Part shown: positions 47,797 to 57,404 of the stretch, piece by piece
Position numbering within the stretch: the stretch's first letter is position 1
Layout: each line of letters opens with the position of its first letter
From: Patescibacteria group bacterium
GTDB lineage: Bacteria > Patescibacteriota > Patescibacteriia > PEXW01
DNA length: 64,000 nt
Assembly (NCBI GenBank): GCA_041665345.1
Contig: JBAYJA010000003.1
Location: 103,202 to 167,201 of the forward strand
Direction of reading: 5' to 3'
Notes under the pieces: generated by a model
Told to the model about the DNA's origin: nothing
The model's input: only the letters and a program-made list of their open reading frames with translations
The model's database searches: none
Made by a program: the position numbers and the translations under genes

Positions 47797-47934
47797 ATTT
47801 CCTCCTTGTTAAAAGATCATTTTTCGTACCCTTTGTTGTACCTTTCCTGGGGCAGAACGTCAATGGCTTGCCCAAGTGCCAGGAAATGCAGTAGGATTGA
47901 CTTATCACGTCCTTTCCTTTACCGTCTAGTTCCT

Positions 47935-48168
47935 ATGGGTCTCCCTGCCAAACGCCGAACCAAACAATCCAAACGCGAGCGCGCTGCGCACTTCGCCCTT
48001 TCCGCTGCCTCGCTCACCGTTTGCCCCAAGTGCAAATCCGCCATCCTGCCCCACCGCGTGTGTGCGAATTGCGGGTTCTACAAGGGCCGCGATGTGCTGA
48101 AGCTCAAGGACAAAGATGCACGGACTGCAGCTCGAACCAAGAAGCGCGACAGCCGCGCTAGCCGGTAA
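47935..48168 (+). CDS. rpmF: 50S ribosomal protein L32
   Basis: CPKC...PHRVCANCGFYKG. Confidence 0.93.
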   Translation: MGLPAKRRTKQSKRERAAHFALSAASLTVCPKCKSAILPHRVCANCGFYKGRDVLKLKDKDARTAARTKKRDSRASR

Positions 48169-48171
48169 GCT

Positions 48172-48696
48172 ATGTCCAACCGGCACCTTGCCCGTACCAT
48201 TGCCCTCCAATCGCTTTTTGAGTGGGATTTTAATGGGAATGCTGCGGATCCGGAGGCGTTGATTGAGAAGAACAAGCTGGAGTTTGCTCCAGATTTTGAC
48301 GACCATGACTTTGCCCTGCGATTGGTGCGTGGGGTGCTGAAGCACCAACCCGAGATTGATAAGCTCATTGTGCAGTACGCCCCAGAGTGGCCACTTGATC
48401 AAATCACCAATGTTGACCGGAACGTCCTGCGCCTGGGGATTTTTGAACTGAAATTTTCCACGGCGGAAGTGCCACCCAAAGTGGCAATTAACGAATCCAT
48501 TGAACTAGCCAAGAGTTTTGGCGGCGAATCTTCCGGCCGGTTTGTGAACGGTGTGCTGGGCTCCATTTTCAAAGACCATTTGGAAACGCAGGCGCAAACT
48601 CCGGAAAGCCAGGTGATTACCCCAGAGAATGTGAAGCGCATGCTGGGCGAGAAGCCACCGGAGATGCCCCCTGCGTCCCCGCCACCTGCTGCATAA
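48172..48696 (+). CDS. nusB: Transcription antitermination factor NusB
   Basis: [37 protein letters not shown]. Confidence 0.95.
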   Translation: MSNRHLARTIALQSLFEWDFNGNAADPEALIEKNKLEFAPDFDDHDFALRLVRGVLKHQPEIDKLIVQYAPEWPLDQITNVDRNVLRLGIFELKFSTAEVPPKVAINESIELAKSFGGESSGRFVNGVLGSIFKDHLETQAQTPESQVITPENVKRMLGEKPPEMPPASPPPAA

Positions 48697-48702
48697 GTCT
48701 GT

Positions 48703-49392
48703 ATGAAACCTGTCCAGGAGTTTGCCAATGCCATGGGCTTGGAGTGCAAGAACCCCGAGATCCTGAAGCAAGCCTTTGTCCACCGGTCGTACCTCAACGA
48801 GCACCCCGAATTCCCCCTGGCGCACAACGAGCGTCTGGAGTTTCTTGGTGATGCCGTGCTGGAATTGGTCGTCACGGAGTACCTGTACCAAACCTACCCC
48901 AACCCCGAAGGTGAGCTGACCAACTGGCGCGCCAGCTTGGTGAACGCCAAGACCTTGTCCGAAATTGCGTCTGGCATTGGCATGGATGACTACCTCTACC
49001 TCTCCCGCGGTGAATCCCGGGACAAGAATTCCAAAGCGCGGCAAATTATTCTGGCCAACGCTATTGAAGCAGTGGTGGGCGCCATTTTCTTGGACCAGGG
49101 CTACCGCGCGGCGGAGAAGTTCATTTCTGACCACGTGCTCACCAAGTTCAAGTACATTTTGGAAAATCAACTGTACCGGGATCCCAAGAGCCAGTTCCAG
49201 GAAGCCAGCCAAGAGCGCATGGGCGTGACTCCGACCTATAAGGTACTGTCCCAATCCGGCCCAGACCACGCACGGAACTTCGTGGTGGGCGTGTTCATTG
49301 GCGATGAAAAAGTCGCGGAAGGTGAAGGCACGTCCAAGCAAGAGGCCCAGATGGCTGCTGCCGCGGCTGGGTGCAAGGTGAAGGGATGGTGA
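48703..49392 (+). CDS. rnc: Ribonuclease III
   Basis: NERLEFLGDAVL signature and dsRBD. Confidence 0.96.
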   Translation: MKPVQEFANAMGLECKNPEILKQAFVHRSYLNEHPEFPLAHNERLEFLGDAVLELVVTEYLYQTYPNPEGELTNWRASLVNAKTLSEIASGIGMDDYLYLSRGESRDKNSKARQIILANAIEAVVGAIFLDQGYRAAEKFISDHVLTKFKYILENQLYRDPKSQFQEASQERMGVTPTYKVLSQSGPDHARNFVVGVFIGDEKVAEGEGTSKQEAQMAAAAAGCKVKGW

Positions 49393-49518
49393 GGGGGGTA
49401 AAAGGTTTGGGTGTGGCGGCGAGTGGGGTTGGAGGGTGAGGGTGGTAGGTAAAAAATGTAGGTGCACAGCTTGCTGTGCGCGGGGTTTGTTATTTGCAAA
49501 TCGTCATTTCTACAACTC

Positions 49519-49560
49519 TGTCATTGCGAGGAACGAGTCCTTGAGTGACGCGGCAATCCC
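49519..49560. repeat. REP-like element fragment
   Basis: TGTCATTGCGAGG...GCGGCAATC. Confidence 0.45.
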
Positions 49561-49665
49561 GCTGTAATACGGAATCCATTTTGTGTAAGTGATGGGTTGC
49601 TTGTTATTGACATTCCTGTTCCACAGGCGATAATGGAATCAACATAGGGGGCAGGAGGAGGTTTC

Positions 49666-49752
49666 GTGAATACTATTGCACTAATCATCACAGGTGTTGC
49701 GTTCGTTGCTCTCGTTATTTTCCTTATACGCACTTCTCGAAAAGCTGAGTAG
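49666..49752 (+). CDS. 28-aa single-TM peptide (not in the ORF track)
   Basis: TTGACA/GATAAT promoter, AGGAGG SD, GTG start, MNTIALIITGVAFVALVIFLIRTSRKAE, terminator 49775-49800. Confidence 0.7.
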   Translation: MNTIALIITGVAFVALVIFLIRTSRKAE

Positions 49753-49877
49753 GGTCAGCTACGAGAAAACCCCTGAGCTCGTCTCCCACGAGCTCTTTTT
49801 GTTCGGCAGCATTGACAAAGTACACTTCCAGTGCTAGGGTTATGTGAAATAAATTAATCATAACCAAAGGAGTGAAA

Positions 49878-50240
49878 ATGTCATTTTCAATGAAGAATCC
49901 TCGACCTGAAGTGACTGTATTTACCTGGTATGAGAACGATTTTGGGTATGCTCCCGACACGCTGCAGCTTTACGAGCGGGTACAAGAGTATATCCACGAT
50001 GAAATGATCACGGACATCGCATTTGATATGCGTCGGGTTCATCAGGTTAATGAACATGGTCTGAATCTGTTAGCCATTCTCCTCAGGGACATTCAGGCGG
50101 CGAAGCGGGTCTTTGTCCTACTGGGCAGTTCAAGAACAGTTCATTCTGCGCTCAAGCATGTCAATCCTGAGGCTCAGTTTCCAAGGTATCCCACTCTGAA
50201 AATGTACCTGGAAGCACTGCATAAGCAGCCTGCCCCATAA
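49878..50240 (+). CDS. STAS-domain (anti-sigma antagonist-like) protein 1
   Basis: IAFDMRRVHQVNEHGLNLL; paralog of 50607. Confidence 0.75.
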   Translation: MSFSMKNPRPEVTVFTWYENDFGYAPDTLQLYERVQEYIHDEMITDIAFDMRRVHQVNEHGLNLLAILLRDIQAAKRVFVLLGSSRTVHSALKHVNPEAQFPRYPTLKMYLEALHKQPAP

Positions 50241-50387
50241 TCAATTAGCAAAGCTCACCAAAAGGGTGAGCTTTTTTTGCAAAAAAATTCCCTCGCCATC
50301 CGTGGATCGGCAAGCCTCGGTGTTTGTTATTGACATTCCCATTCCACAGGAGATAATACAATCAACAGTCGTTCTTTTGGAGGTTCT

Positions 50388-50507
50388 GTGGAAAATATTT
50401 CCCCGTTGGAAATTGCACTCCTCTGCATTGCAATTGCCGTACTCGTTCTCATTTCAAGGCGCAATTTTCGGAAGGCTGAAAAAGATCAGCCTAAGCAACA
50501 ATCCTGA
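50388..50507 (+). CDS. 39-aa single-TM peptide (paralog of 49666)
   Basis: Same promoter and terminator; MENISPLEIALLCIAIAVLVLISRRNFRKAEKDQPKQQS. Confidence 0.7.
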   Translation: MENISPLEIALLCIAIAVLVLISRRNFRKAEKDQPKQQS

Positions 50508-50606
50508 GCTCGTCTCCCACGAGCTCTTTTTCTTGGTCGCTTGACGTACCATAGCTGAAGTTATAGGGTTTTCTCAACACTGTTCATCAACAAGGAAGGA
50601 GAAGAA

Positions 50607-50969
50607 ATGTTGTTTCCCATCGCGTATCCGAAACCAGAAGTCGCTGTCATTACCGTGACGGTGAAAGTTTTTGGGGTTTCTCCCGATACTCTCGGAATTC
50701 GTGAACAGGTGCAGGAGCTTTTGCGAGAAAAGAAAGTACAGCACTTTGTTCTTGATTTGCAACACGTTGATTGGATGAACAGCTCTGGACTCGGGCTGCT
50801 CATTAGCCTTCTGAAGTACATACGGGATGCTGATTGCACGCTTGCCCTGCTCTGTGTTTCTGGAAAAGTTGAAGGAATACTTTTGAACACGAAGCTGGAC
50901 AAGGTGCTCCAAAGTTATCCCACCCTGGATATGTACCTGGAGGCGCTCCACACCCAACCTGCTCGTTAA
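50607..50969 (+). CDS. STAS-domain anti-sigma factor antagonist 2
   Basis: VLDLQHVDWMNSSGLGLL, TKLDKVL. Confidence 0.88.
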   Translation: MLFPIAYPKPEVAVITVTVKVFGVSPDTLGIREQVQELLREKKVQHFVLDLQHVDWMNSSGLGLLISLLKYIRDADCTLALLCVSGKVEGILLNTKLDKVLQSYPTLDMYLEALHTQPAR

Positions 50970-51059
50970 CGCATTGGCAAAAGCTCACCCTTTTCGGTGA
51001 GCTTTTTTTGTAAAAAAAGTCCCCCGCCATCTGTTGATGACGAGGGGAAATTGCGTGCT

Positions 51060-51341
51060 TCATTCTTGCGCAGCGAACGTAAACATGTAGTACCCGTGTT
51101 GATTCGCCTTGAGTCCAGTAAGGACTGCAATGAGTTCAACCAACCGGCTATAGGTTCGCGGGTCTGGTCGCAGGTCCAGAGTTGTCGGAAGGCGTCTATG
51201 ATCTAGATCTAGTGGAGTATTGTCTTTACCGCGCGTGATGGAAAAGAGTGGTTCCGATTCTTGCGGTATTTCTGTTGGAAACCAGATTGAATCGCCTGGT
51301 TGCAGCGTCGTGGGCTCACCGTTGAAAAGAAGTTGTAACAC
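51060..51341 (-). CDS. Hypothetical protein
   Basis: AGGAGGT SD, GTG start, flanking hairpins. Confidence 0.55.
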   Translation of the reverse strand: MLQLLFNGEPTTLQPGDSIWFPTEIPQESEPLFSITRGKDNTPLDLDHRRLPTTLDLRPDPRTYSRLVELIAVLTGLKANQHGYYMFTFAAQE

Positions 51342-51487
51342 TTTTTACCTCCTGGTAATGGATTTTATATGTAGATACAGGAATTTTTTGTTTTGATTGT
51401 ACATCGTAAATCAACGCGCTTCCTCTGTCAATGGCTGCATTTATAAAAATTCCCCCCGCCATTTGTTGATGACGAGTGGTAGGTGTT

Positions 51488-51637
51488 CTAGTTGCGGTGC
51501 TTGGTGGGGTACACGCCGCGGTACTGTGAGGGAGTTTCTTTCCACTGCTCTCGCTTGCGGAAGATGATCCAGGCGCACCCGGCAAGCATTGCGCCGATGA
51601 TCAGTGTAATTCCGATTCCCTGCAATACGTTTCCCAT
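51488..51637 (-). CDS. 49-aa single-TM peptide
   Basis: GGAGG SD; MGNVLQGIGITLIIGAMLAGCAWIIFRKR. Confidence 0.6.
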   Translation of the reverse strand: MGNVLQGIGITLIIGAMLAGCAWIIFRKREQWKETPSQYRGVYPTKHRN

Positions 51638-51808
51638 TCTTTCCTCCAGGAAAAGTTTTGTTTCCCTAATTTCCAAAAATTGTAGCAAAGTGTAAGTGGT
51701 TTGTCAATGGTCGGGTTGACGACCTGAGCGCACTCCCCTACACTTGGACGGAAAGAAAAATCGATTTTTCCCAAACCGTCTTAGAGAAAGGAACGGAGGT
51801 TTATAGTA

Positions 51809-52456
51809 ATGCGGAAATATACCGATGATGAAATGATTGCACGGCTGGAGCGAGTCGGTGTTATCGTCCATAACACGCACGTGAAACTCAGCAATGGTTG
51901 CTGTACCCGGACGTACGCCAATTTTGTGCCGGGGCTGGTGCCGCGGGAGGAACGCTCAGTATTGGTTTCCGAAGCAGCGGCGTTAGTGCAGCATTCTCAT
52001 TCATCTGCTCCAGTGATTGTGGGAGCGGGGTGTGGATCCTACTATGCGCTACAGGTTGCAGATTTGCTTGGATTAAGCTTTGCCTATGCAGAGCGGGCTG
52101 AGGGGGGCGTCTTCAGGTTTAAACGAGAACAAACCAAACTCATTGCAAATCGCAACATTGTGCTTTTCGATGACGTCCTCACCACATCCACCACGCTCAC
52201 GAAACTTGGAAAGCTTGTTAAGGCGTGTGGTGGAATGCCGACGCAAGGAATTGTACTGCTGAATCGCTCCCAGGATTCGCACGTGGTTCCCGAGCTGGAT
52301 GCCGAAGTACCAATCCACCAGCTTATGGAAAGGTACTATGAAATGTGGCCCTCAGAAGCTCTTTGCCCAGAATGTGCAAAAGGAAACCGTCCAAGCCCAA
52401 ATATTGAAGGCGGTGAAAGGGTTTTTCGGCAGCATGGCTATCGTGCCCAATCGTAA
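51809..52456 (+). CDS. Orotate phosphoribosyltransferase-like type I PRTase (divergent)
   Basis: HVKLSNG, FAYAER, VLFDDVLTT, C-terminal CPEC. Confidence 0.7.
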   Translation: MRKYTDDEMIARLERVGVIVHNTHVKLSNGCCTRTYANFVPGLVPREERSVLVSEAAALVQHSHSSAPVIVGAGCGSYYALQVADLLGLSFAYAERAEGGVFRFKREQTKLIANRNIVLFDDVLTTSTTLTKLGKLVKACGGMPTQGIVLLNRSQDSHVVPELDAEVPIHQLMERYYEMWPSEALCPECAKGNRPSPNIEGGERVFRQHGYRAQS

Positions 52457-52559
52457 TCTGTACTCCGGCGAGTCCCCTACTCGCCGGTTTTTTTATTGTT
52501 TCCTTAGCATAAAATTGGTACACTACTAGCGTTGATTCTCGCTGTTTTTCTGTAACCCG

Positions 52560-55223
52560 GTGTATCTCGAAAAGCTCACCATTCAGGGATTCAAATCCTT
52601 TGCCAACCGCACGGAGCTCTTGTTCCAGCGTGGGATTGCGGCCATTGTGGGGCCCAACGGCTCGGGGAAGTCCAACGTGGCTGACGCCATGCGCTGGGTG
52701 CTGGGCGAGCAGAGTTTGAAGATCATTCGCGGGAAGAAGAGCGAGGATGTGATTTTTTCGGGTTCGGACAAGAAAACCCGGCTGGGTATGGCTGAGGTGT
52801 CGTTGACGTTGGACAACCGCGAAGGCCGGGCGCCTATTGATTACAAGCAGCTCACGGTCACCCGGCGGATCCACAAGGACGGGACGTCGGAGTACCTGGT
52901 GAATGGTAGCCAAAGCCGACTGTCCGACATTCAGCTGCTGCTGGCGCGGTCCAACATTGGCCAGCGAACCTATTCGGTCATTGGCCAAGGGCAGGTGGAC
53001 GCCGTGCTGGTGGCCACACCCATGGAGCGTAAGCAGTTTTTTGACGAAGCGGCCGGGGTGCGGCCGTTCCAAATGAAGAAAGAGCAGGCGGAGAATAAGC
53101 TGGCTGCCACTCGGGAGAACGTGGCGCAGGCGCAGCTGCTGATTGATGAAATTGCCCCGCGGCTCCGCTCCCTTACCCGGCAGGTGAAGCGTTTGAATGA
53201 CCGCGAAGAGATTGCCAAGGAGTTGCGCGACTTCCAGGTGCAGGCATACAGCGCCAAAGTTGCGTTGCTGAACAAAGAACTCCATGCGGCGCAGAAGGAA
53301 TTGCAGAGTGCGGAAAAGGCCCAGGCAAGCGCGTTGGCTGAGTTGCAGAAGATTCAGCGTCAGGTAGACGCGGAAGAGCGCGGGAGCTCCCGGCACGAAC
53401 ACTTCACCAAGCTCCAGCGCACGCACCAAGAACTGATTGACCAGCGGAACCGGTTGCTTACGGATCGTGCTGCCTTGGCGGGAAAAGTTGCTGCAACCTT
53501 GTCCCAGGCTGGTCAAGCAAATGTTTCCTGGCTCACCCACCGGCAGGCAGAAATTGCTGGTCGCCTGAGCGCCATTGCTGAGGAGCGTGCAGCCAGCGAC
53601 CGGAAACGAGAGAAGCTCACCAAGCACATGGCTGAGGTGCAGGAGAAACTGCACAGCCACGCCAAAGGCATTCAAGAATTGGAAGCCGGGTTGCTCCGGG
53701 CGGAACAAGCGCTCAAAACTCGGACGACCCTCACCGTGCCAGACTTGGCCAAGGAAGTAGCCGAAGTGCTCACTGGCCACCAGAAGTTCATTGCGGCGGT
53801 ACGCGCGGCTGACTCTATTGACGCGCTGAAAGCTTTGCACGGGGAAGCGCACCGTCTGGATACCCGCGCCGCGAAGTTCTTGGACAAGCTCTCTGCGCAA
53901 ACCCCCAGCGTTGATCCTGCCCAGCTCATCATCCTGCAACGGTCACTCCACCAGCACATGCAGGAGAAGGAACAGGTGGCCAATGAAGAGCACACGTTGC
54001 ACACGGAGCAGCATGCTCTGGAAGAGCGGGACCACACCTTTGCAGATGAAGTGCGTCGCTTGGAGCACGAGCATGCCAACGTCGCCAAAGAGCTGAAGCT
54101 GGCGCAGCTGAAGCCTGGCTCCAAAGCTGAGGCGGATGCTGCCGTGGCGCAGGCGCAGGCTGAGGTGGATGGGCAGCTTGCTACTGTTGATCGAGAACTT
54201 GGGCAAGCGCGCCATGCATTGGATGGGTTTAACCAAACCGAGCAGGATAAACGGGACACGCTCTTTGCTTTGCAGAAAGCCGCCCGGAGTGCACAGGACG
54301 AAGCGCGGGTTGCCGAAGGCAAACTGGCGGACGCGCGGGTGCAGCTGGCTCGCTTGGAAACTCGGCAGGAAGATTTACTCCGGGAAATCCGGGCAGAACT
54401 ACCAGCCGAACTTGCAGCCAAAGCAGAAAAAGCCACCACGGTTCCGGATGCGGACGTGGCTGCCCTGGAAGACACGATTGCCAAAGCCAAGCACAATTTG
54501 GAACTCATTGGTGGCATTGATGAAAACGCCAAGCAAGAGTACGACCAGACCAATGAGCGCTACACTTTCCTCACCACGCAGGTGGATGATTTGACCAAGG
54601 CGGGTGCAGATTTGGAAACCGGGATTGCGAAATTGGAAGCAACCATCAAGGAGAAATTTGAAAAATCTTTTGATCGGGTGAGCGAAGAATTCACCAAGTA
54701 CTTCAAAATGCTGTTCAACGGTGGAAATGCCACCTTGCAATTGGTGAAAGAAGAAGTGGTTGATCCTGTGGACGTGGCTGACGATGAGGATGAAGATGAC
54801 GAGGACGAGGAAGAAGAAGTACTGGTGAAGCCAAAAGCCAAGGGTGAGAAGGTGGTGACTGGCGTGGAAATATTCGCCACCCCACCCGGCAAGCGCCTGC
54901 GCGGCATAGCCATGCTCTCCGGTGGTGAACGGGCGTTAACCTCCATTGCCCTCATCTGCGCCATCCTGGCTTCCAATCCCTCCCCCTTCGTGGTGCTGGA
55001 TGAAGTGGATGCGGCACTCGATGAGTCCAACTCCATCCGCTTTGCGCAAATTCTGTCCAAGCTAGCGCACCGCACGCAGTTCATTACCATCACCCACAAC
55101 CGCGCCACCATGGCGGAAGCCGCCCTGCTCTACGGCGTGACTATGGGTGATGACGGCGTGTCCAAGCTCCTGTCCGTGAAAATGGAAGATGTCGGTAAGG
55201 TCATTGCAGGGGTGAAGAAGTAG
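52560..55223 (+). CDS. smc: Chromosome segregation protein SMC (short, 887 aa)
   Basis: GFKSF, GPNGSGKSN, LSGGE, VLDEVDAALD, ITH. Confidence 0.93.
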   Translation: MYLEKLTIQGFKSFANRTELLFQRGIAAIVGPNGSGKSNVADAMRWVLGEQSLKIIRGKKSEDVIFSGSDKKTRLGMAEVSLTLDNREGRAPIDYKQLTVTRRIHKDGTSEYLVNGSQSRLSDIQLLLARSNIGQRTYSVIGQGQVDAVLVATPMERKQFFDEAAGVRPFQMKKEQAENKLAATRENVAQAQLLIDEIAPRLRSLTRQVKRLNDREEIAKELRDFQVQAYSAKVALLNKELHAAQKELQSAEKAQASALAELQKIQRQVDAEERGSSRHEHFTKLQRTHQELIDQRNRLLTDRAALAGKVAATLSQAGQANVSWLTHRQAEIAGRLSAIAEERAASDRKREKLTKHMAEVQEKLHSHAKGIQELEAGLLRAEQALKTRTTLTVPDLAKEVAEVLTGHQKFIAAVRAADSIDALKALHGEAHRLDTRAAKFLDKLSAQTPSVDPAQLIILQRSLHQHMQEKEQVANEEHTLHTEQHALEERDHTFADEVRRLEHEHANVAKELKLAQLKPGSKAEADAAVAQAQAEVDGQLATVDRELGQARHALDGFNQTEQDKRDTLFALQKAARSAQDEARVAEGKLADARVQLARLETRQEDLLREIRAELPAELAAKAEKATTVPDADVAALEDTIAKAKHNLELIGGIDENAKQEYDQTNERYTFLTTQVDDLTKAGADLETGIAKLEATIKEKFEKSFDRVSEEFTKYFKMLFNGGNATLQLVKEEVVDPVDVADDEDEDDEDEEEEVLVKPKAKGEKVVTGVEIFATPPGKRLRGIAMLSGGERALTSIALICAILASNPSPFVVLDEVDAALDESNSIRFAQILSKLAHRTQFITITHNRATMAEAALLYGVTMGDDGVSKLLSVKMEDVGKVIAGVKK

Positions 55224-55421
55224 GAAGCAGCCGTAAAGCCGTAAGCCATAAAGCTATAAGGGCAATAGTGGTTTTTTCCTTTAGCATTTGGTCATAGGAA
55301 AATAGAGAGGGGCAAACCCGCCATCTCCACCTTCCGATCCATAACGCTACCCAAAACCAAAACCTTCATCCCCCCGCCCCCTCTTGACGCATTCCCCCAT
55401 TCCCAGTACACTCTCCTCACT

Positions 55422-55910
55422 ATGGTTTCTATCCGACTTAGCCGCACTGGCAAAAAGAATCACGCGACCTTCCGCTTTATCGTGTCTGATAAGCAGCGGG
55501 ACACGGTTGCGCCTGCTTTGGAAATCTTGGGCTGGTACGATCCACATACGAATCCTGGCACCATTGAAGTGAAAGCTGACCGGGTGCAGTACTGGCTGAG
55601 CAAAGGCGCCCAAGCTTCCCCCAGCGCGCACAATCTTTTGGTTACGGCCGGGGTTATCAAGGCTGACAAAGTTGTGGTCGCCAAAGCCAAGAAGAAGGAC
55701 GAACCCAAGGTTGAGGAAAAACCTGCAGCAGCCCCAAAGGCCGAAGCCCCCAAAGCCGAGGAGAAAAAGGAAGAAGCTCCGGCAAATGCAGAAGAGCCAA
55801 AGATTGAAGTACCCAAGGCTGAAGTAAAACCTGAAGAAAAGAAGGAAGAGGCTCCAGCTACTGAAGCACCGAAGGCGGAGGAGAAGAAAGCGGAAGAAAC
55901 GAAGAACTAG
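55422..55910 (+). CDS. rpsP: 30S ribosomal protein S16 with E/K/A/P-rich tail
   Basis: MVSIRLSRTGKK, EILGWYDP, YWLSKGAQAS. Confidence 0.95.
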   Translation: MVSIRLSRTGKKNHATFRFIVSDKQRDTVAPALEILGWYDPHTNPGTIEVKADRVQYWLSKGAQASPSAHNLLVTAGVIKADKVVVAKAKKKDEPKVEEKPAAAPKAEAPKAEEKKEEAPANAEEPKIEVPKAEVKPEEKKEEAPATEAPKAEEKKAEETKN

Positions 55911-55959
55911 GAACCTAGAACGTAGAACAGAGAACCAGAGAGCCGAGAGGCTCTTTTTC

Positions 55960-56042
55960 TGTCATCCTGAGTCCCGTCGCGGGGCGAAGGATCTCCGAAG
56001 GTTGTACATTCTCAGGAGATCCTTCGAAGACTCAGGATGACA
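55960..56042. repeat. REP-like palindromic element, copy 1
   Basis: TGTCATCCTGAG...GAAGGATCT...AGATCCTTC...CTCAGGATGACA. Confidence 0.8.
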
Positions 56043-56121
56043 GAGGAGGATTTGACACCCCTCACCCCCAGACGTAAGCTGGGTGGAATGCACATTGAAA
56101 ACCCATTAGGAGGATCAGAAT

Positions 56122-56550
56122 ATGGCGAAGAAACAAGTTCGAAACATGAGAACCGTTTTGACTGCAGCCCAAGCTCGAAAAGCATCAAAACGTGGGCGGC
56201 AGATTGCGACCGTTGCACAAGAAAAGAAGCAGACTGAAGCGCAAGCAAATTGGGCCAAACATATTCTACAAGGCAAGAAGCTTGCCCCGGCGTACTTTTT
56301 GGAGACCGTGCAGCCCCAAATTGCAGCAGCGACCGCTCGGGGTCAGCATGCAGTTTCCATTACCGTGCACAACAATCAGGGAGAAAACTACAACCTCAGT
56401 CCTCTCCTGAGTGGTTTAGTGTCTGGTCTCCTCAAAAAGTTGAAAGGCTTGGGATACACAGCGACATCAAAGTCAAAGTATAACAAGACATTCGGTAGCG
56501 ATGACCCGTACGGTAACGCGACCTACTTCACCCTGGAAATTTCCTGGTAA
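56122..56550 (+). CDS. Hypothetical basic protein
   Basis: TTGACA-17-TAAGCT promoter, AGGAGG SD. Confidence 0.7.
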   Translation: MAKKQVRNMRTVLTAAQARKASKRGRQIATVAQEKKQTEAQANWAKHILQGKKLAPAYFLETVQPQIAAATARGQHAVSITVHNNQGENYNLSPLLSGLVSGLLKKLKGLGYTATSKSKYNKTFGSDDPYGNATYFTLEISW

Positions 56551-56567
56551 CGAACCTTTCCACCCTA

Positions 56568-56636
56568 CTTTGCTGGGCAGAGCAAGAACTATAATCCCTA
56601 AACCATAGCCGACGGTAGACAACCTAGGTACTGGAG
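56568..56636 (+). promoter_or_regulatory. Conserved 5' leader motif, copy 1
   Basis: Hairpin with GGGCA loop, then TAAACCATAGCCGACGG...CCTAGG..TGGAG. Confidence 0.7.
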
Positions 56637-56641
56637 AAAAA

Positions 56642-57238
56642 ATGGACAATGCACATCTCGACGCTTTCTTAAAACATCTGCAAGCCAAGCGTTTGCTCCT
56701 TCGAGTAAAAGAATATCAGGGTTCACCGCCTCACTTGCCGCGTCGCAAGATTTGGCTACTGACTTCGGTTAGTCCCGAGAAAACATCTCATACCAAGCCT
56801 CTCATTCAGGTAGTGTTTTCAGAATTCGTTACTGATGTAGTTAAGCCAATAATGACACTTGACGTGACATTAGGCACCATTTTGGATTTTGGTAAGACAA
56901 AGCAACATGGTGAGTTTTTTGACCAGATTTGGTCAGAATGGTCCCGAAACAACTTGTTGGGTCGTAATGTTACCCAAGAAGCAATACAGGTACGGCTTAT
57001 GCAAAATCCTGGACGGTCGGATTTCTCCTACCAATGCCCCGAGACGCTCTCGCTGTACTCGATTCAGCTTATGCTCTCATTTGGATCTTTACGAGCACTG
57101 CTTGTTCGTGAGATTGAGGGCGGATGGGGAGAGAGAGAAGTTGCACTCTCAGTGCTTTTCAAGCGATTCGATGGTTTTCTCAAAGAGTTGCAAAGTAATT
57201 GGAATACGGTTACCACGCAGCTCAAAATGATAGTCTAA
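56642..57238 (+). CDS. Hypothetical protein, divergent paralog 1
   Basis: Shared leader and terminator; weak N- and C-terminal similarity to the next two ORFs. Confidence 0.7.
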   Translation: MDNAHLDAFLKHLQAKRLLLRVKEYQGSPPHLPRRKIWLLTSVSPEKTSHTKPLIQVVFSEFVTDVVKPIMTLDVTLGTILDFGKTKQHGEFFDQIWSEWSRNNLLGRNVTQEAIQVRLMQNPGRSDFSYQCPETLSLYSIQLMLSFGSLRALLVREIEGGWGEREVALSVLFKRFDGFLKELQSNWNTVTTQLKMIV

Positions 57239-57304
57239 TATTACCAGACAGTCCTGCCCGACTGTCTTTTTTTTGACAAAAATATTCCCAAGGTGTTAAA
57301 TGAG

Positions 57305-57400
57305 TATTCGTACATTTACAATTCTCATAGGGCAATTTGGGAATATTTGATTTCACCCCTAAACCATAGCCGATGGCCCGTGCGCCTAGGCGATTGGAGG
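57305..57400 (+). promoter_or_regulatory. Conserved 5' leader motif, copy 2
   Basis: boxA-like GTACATTTACAA, ATTCTCA/TGGGAAT stem, TAAACCATAGCCGATGG...CCTAGG. Confidence 0.7.
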
Positions 57401-57404
57401 AATC

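Noticed and set aside
49383-49450. G-rich tract with G-quadruplex potential (also about 37445-37500)
   Set aside because: Low-complexity intergenic sequence with no supporting conservation or context
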